The notes under the pieces were generated by a model. That model saw nothing but the letters and a program-made list of their open reading frames with translations. It had not been told where the DNA came from and did not search any database. This document shows positions 62,853 to 64,000 of a DNA stretch of 64,000 bases, in pieces. The first letter of the stretch is position 1; each line of letters opens with the position of its first letter. This stretch comes from Gemmatimonadota bacterium. GTDB taxonomy: Bacteria; Gemmatimonadota; Gemmatimonadetes; Longimicrobiales; Longimicrobiaceae. The position numbers were made by a program, and so were the translations under genes. The DNA lies in assembly GCA_040752145.1 (NCBI GenBank), contig JBFMFL010000004.1, forward strand, positions 13,031 to 77,030. Reading direction: 5' to 3'.

Positions 62853-63218
62853 ATGGCAGCGACGGAGTCGCAGGCGGAGAGTCCGGGAGCCGCCTGCGGG
62901 TGCGGCACCCACGAGGAAGGGGGGGAGGGGCGGAAGGCGGTCGGCGTGGACGGCGCGGTCAAGGACCGCAACCTGAAGCGCCTGCGCCGGATCGAGGGGC
63001 AGGTGCGGGGGCTCCAGCGGATGGTCGAGGAGGACCGCTACTGCGCCGACATCATGACGCAGATCTCCTCCGTCCACGAGGCGCTGCGCGGCGTCGGCCG
63101 GGAGCTGATGCGCAACCACCTGAAGCACTGCGCGTCCTCGGCGATCGGCTCCGGCGGGGACCAGGCGGAGGCGATGTACGACGAGCTGGTCGAGATGATG
63201 TACAAGCACGCGCGCTGA
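62853..63218 (+). CDS. CsoR/RcnR/FrmR-family metal-sensing repressor
   Basis: 'NLKRLRRIEGQVRGLQRMVEEDRYCADIMTQISSVHEALRGVGRELMRNHLKHC' (DUF156 signature with the Cys ... His-x-x-x-Cys ligands). A GGGAGGAG RBS precedes ATG 62853. Confidence 0.85.
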   Translation: MAATESQAESPGAACGCGTHEEGGEGRKAVGVDGAVKDRNLKRLRRIEGQVRGLQRMVEEDRYCADIMTQISSVHEALRGVGRELMRNHLKHCASSAIGSGGDQAEAMYDELVEMMYKHAR

Positions 63219-63359
63219 GGCACGGGGCGACGACGCCCCGCTTCTTGCGAGCATGTTTTATGCTGAGTAAAATCCAACTCCCCCCGGGCTGGTCCAGAGA
63301 GGGCTCCGGCGCGGGCCGGGGGGAGCGCAGGCAGAGGCAATCACGAGAACACGGAAGCC

Positions 63360-64000
63360 ATGAAGACCCGACTCAAGCTGGCCGGTGGAATGACGGCCGC
63401 GGCGCTCGCGCTCGGCGCGCAGGCCGCCCCGGCGCTCGCGCAGACCGACTACTACAACACCGACACCGGGCGCCCGGTGCGGATCGAGGACGCCTACCCG
63501 GTCGAGCGGTACGCCTTCGAGCTCCAGCTCGCGCCGCTCCGGGCGGAGCGCGCGTCCGGCGGCGTCTACAGCTGGGAGGTCGCCCCGGAGATCGCCTACG
63601 GGATCCTCCCCCGCACCCAGCTGGAGATCGGCTTCCCGATCGCGTTCGTGGACGCGGGCGGGGAAGGGAAGACCACGGCGCTTGCCGGGATCGAGGTCGC
63701 CGCGCTCCACAACCTGAACGTGGAGACGCGGACGCTGCCGGCGCTCGCCGTCGCGGCGGACGTGCTGCTCCCGGTCGGCGGGCTCGGGCCCGACCGCGCG
63801 TACACGTCGCTCAAGGGGATCGCCACGCGCACTCTCAGCTGGGCGCGCTTCCACGCCAACGCGCAGTACACCCTCGGCTCGGATGCGGAAGAGGGCGAGG
63901 ACGTGGGCGAGGCTTCCCGGTGGATGGCGGGAGTCGCAGTGGACCGGACCTTTCCGCTCCGTTCCCTGCTGGTGACCGCCGACGTATTCGCGGAGCAGCC
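63360..64000 (+). CDS. Outer-membrane beta-barrel protein, 3' end outside the window
   Basis: Not in the ORF track because it runs off the window. Hand translation: 'MKTRLKLAGGMTAAALALGAQAAPALAQTDYYNTDTGRPVRIEDAYPVERYAFELQLAP...'. Signal peptide plus an alternating beta-strand pattern. Confidence 0.6.
   Translation, partial: MKTRLKLAGGMTAAALALGAQAAPALAQTDYYNTDTGRPVRIEDAYPVERYAFELQLAPLRAERASGGVYSWEVAPEIAYGILPRTQLEIGFPIAFVDAGGEGKTTALAGIEVAALHNLNVETRTLPALAVAADVLLPVGGLGPDRAYTSLKGIATRTLSWARFHANAQYTLGSDAEEGEDVGEASRWMAGVAVDRTFPLRSLLVTADVFAEQ

Overview
High-GC (about 70%) DNA from a diderm bacterium, judged from the RND/TolC efflux and TonB-receptor genes; the taxon cannot be named from sequence alone. 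All calls come from reading the supplied ORF track and hand-translating selected regions. No database search was run.

Most long ORFs in the track are Arg/Pro/Gly-rich shadow frames of real genes on the other strand or frame. I chose real genes by protein plausibility, G/C bias at third codon positions, ATGA/GTGA start-stop overlaps and recognisable family motifs.

The window has four blocks:

1. **1-3.2 kb:** a DNA-modification remnant. It holds a PAPS-reductase/PP-loop-like gene, a divergent C5 DNA methyltransferase, and a 5'-truncated gene carrying two in-frame TGA codons.
2. **3.2-10.9 kb:** a housekeeping, phosphate-scavenging cluster: PAP2 phosphatase, MCP, PLC-like protein, PhoU, GlpQ and PhoX.
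3. **10.9-45.3 kb:** an accessory island with many truncated or frame-shifted genes.
   - An HTH protein family and a TPR-like helical regulator family each occur three times.
   - Two paralogous modules in inverted orientation sit at 16.7-20.0 kb and 36.9-41.4 kb.
   - A low-GC patch carries a degenerate type I-E-like CRISPR remnant with no cas genes.
   - Between the modules lies a 15.9-kb run of about 29 minus-strand genes (20831-36745).
4. **45.3-64 kb:** a metal and heme block.
   - CzcD, and CzcCBA with an embedded methyltransferase bracketed by a czcA 3' remnant.
   - A His-rich protein, and ArsR/SmtB-SRPBCC-P1B ATPase-YnfA.
   - HmuY-TonB receptor-secreted CbiX.
   - BlaI/M56 and a CsoR/RcnR-like repressor.

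**Best candidate for an undescribed system.** The core of the 20831-36745 gene run is a PRTRC-type cassette: a ubiquitin-like protein, an E2-like protein and a ThiF-type E1. No ParB partner was found. The cassette is joined to a DUF6884-like protein, Cys/His-rich mini-proteins, a SWIM zinc-finger protein, a Pol-beta-type nucleotidyltransferase, an embedded TPR-like regulator and an orphan N4/N6 methyltransferase with a Mrr_N-like domain.

**Caveat.** At least six apparent 1-nt frameshifts fall on homopolymer runs. Assembly error and true pseudogenisation cannot be told apart from the sequence alone.
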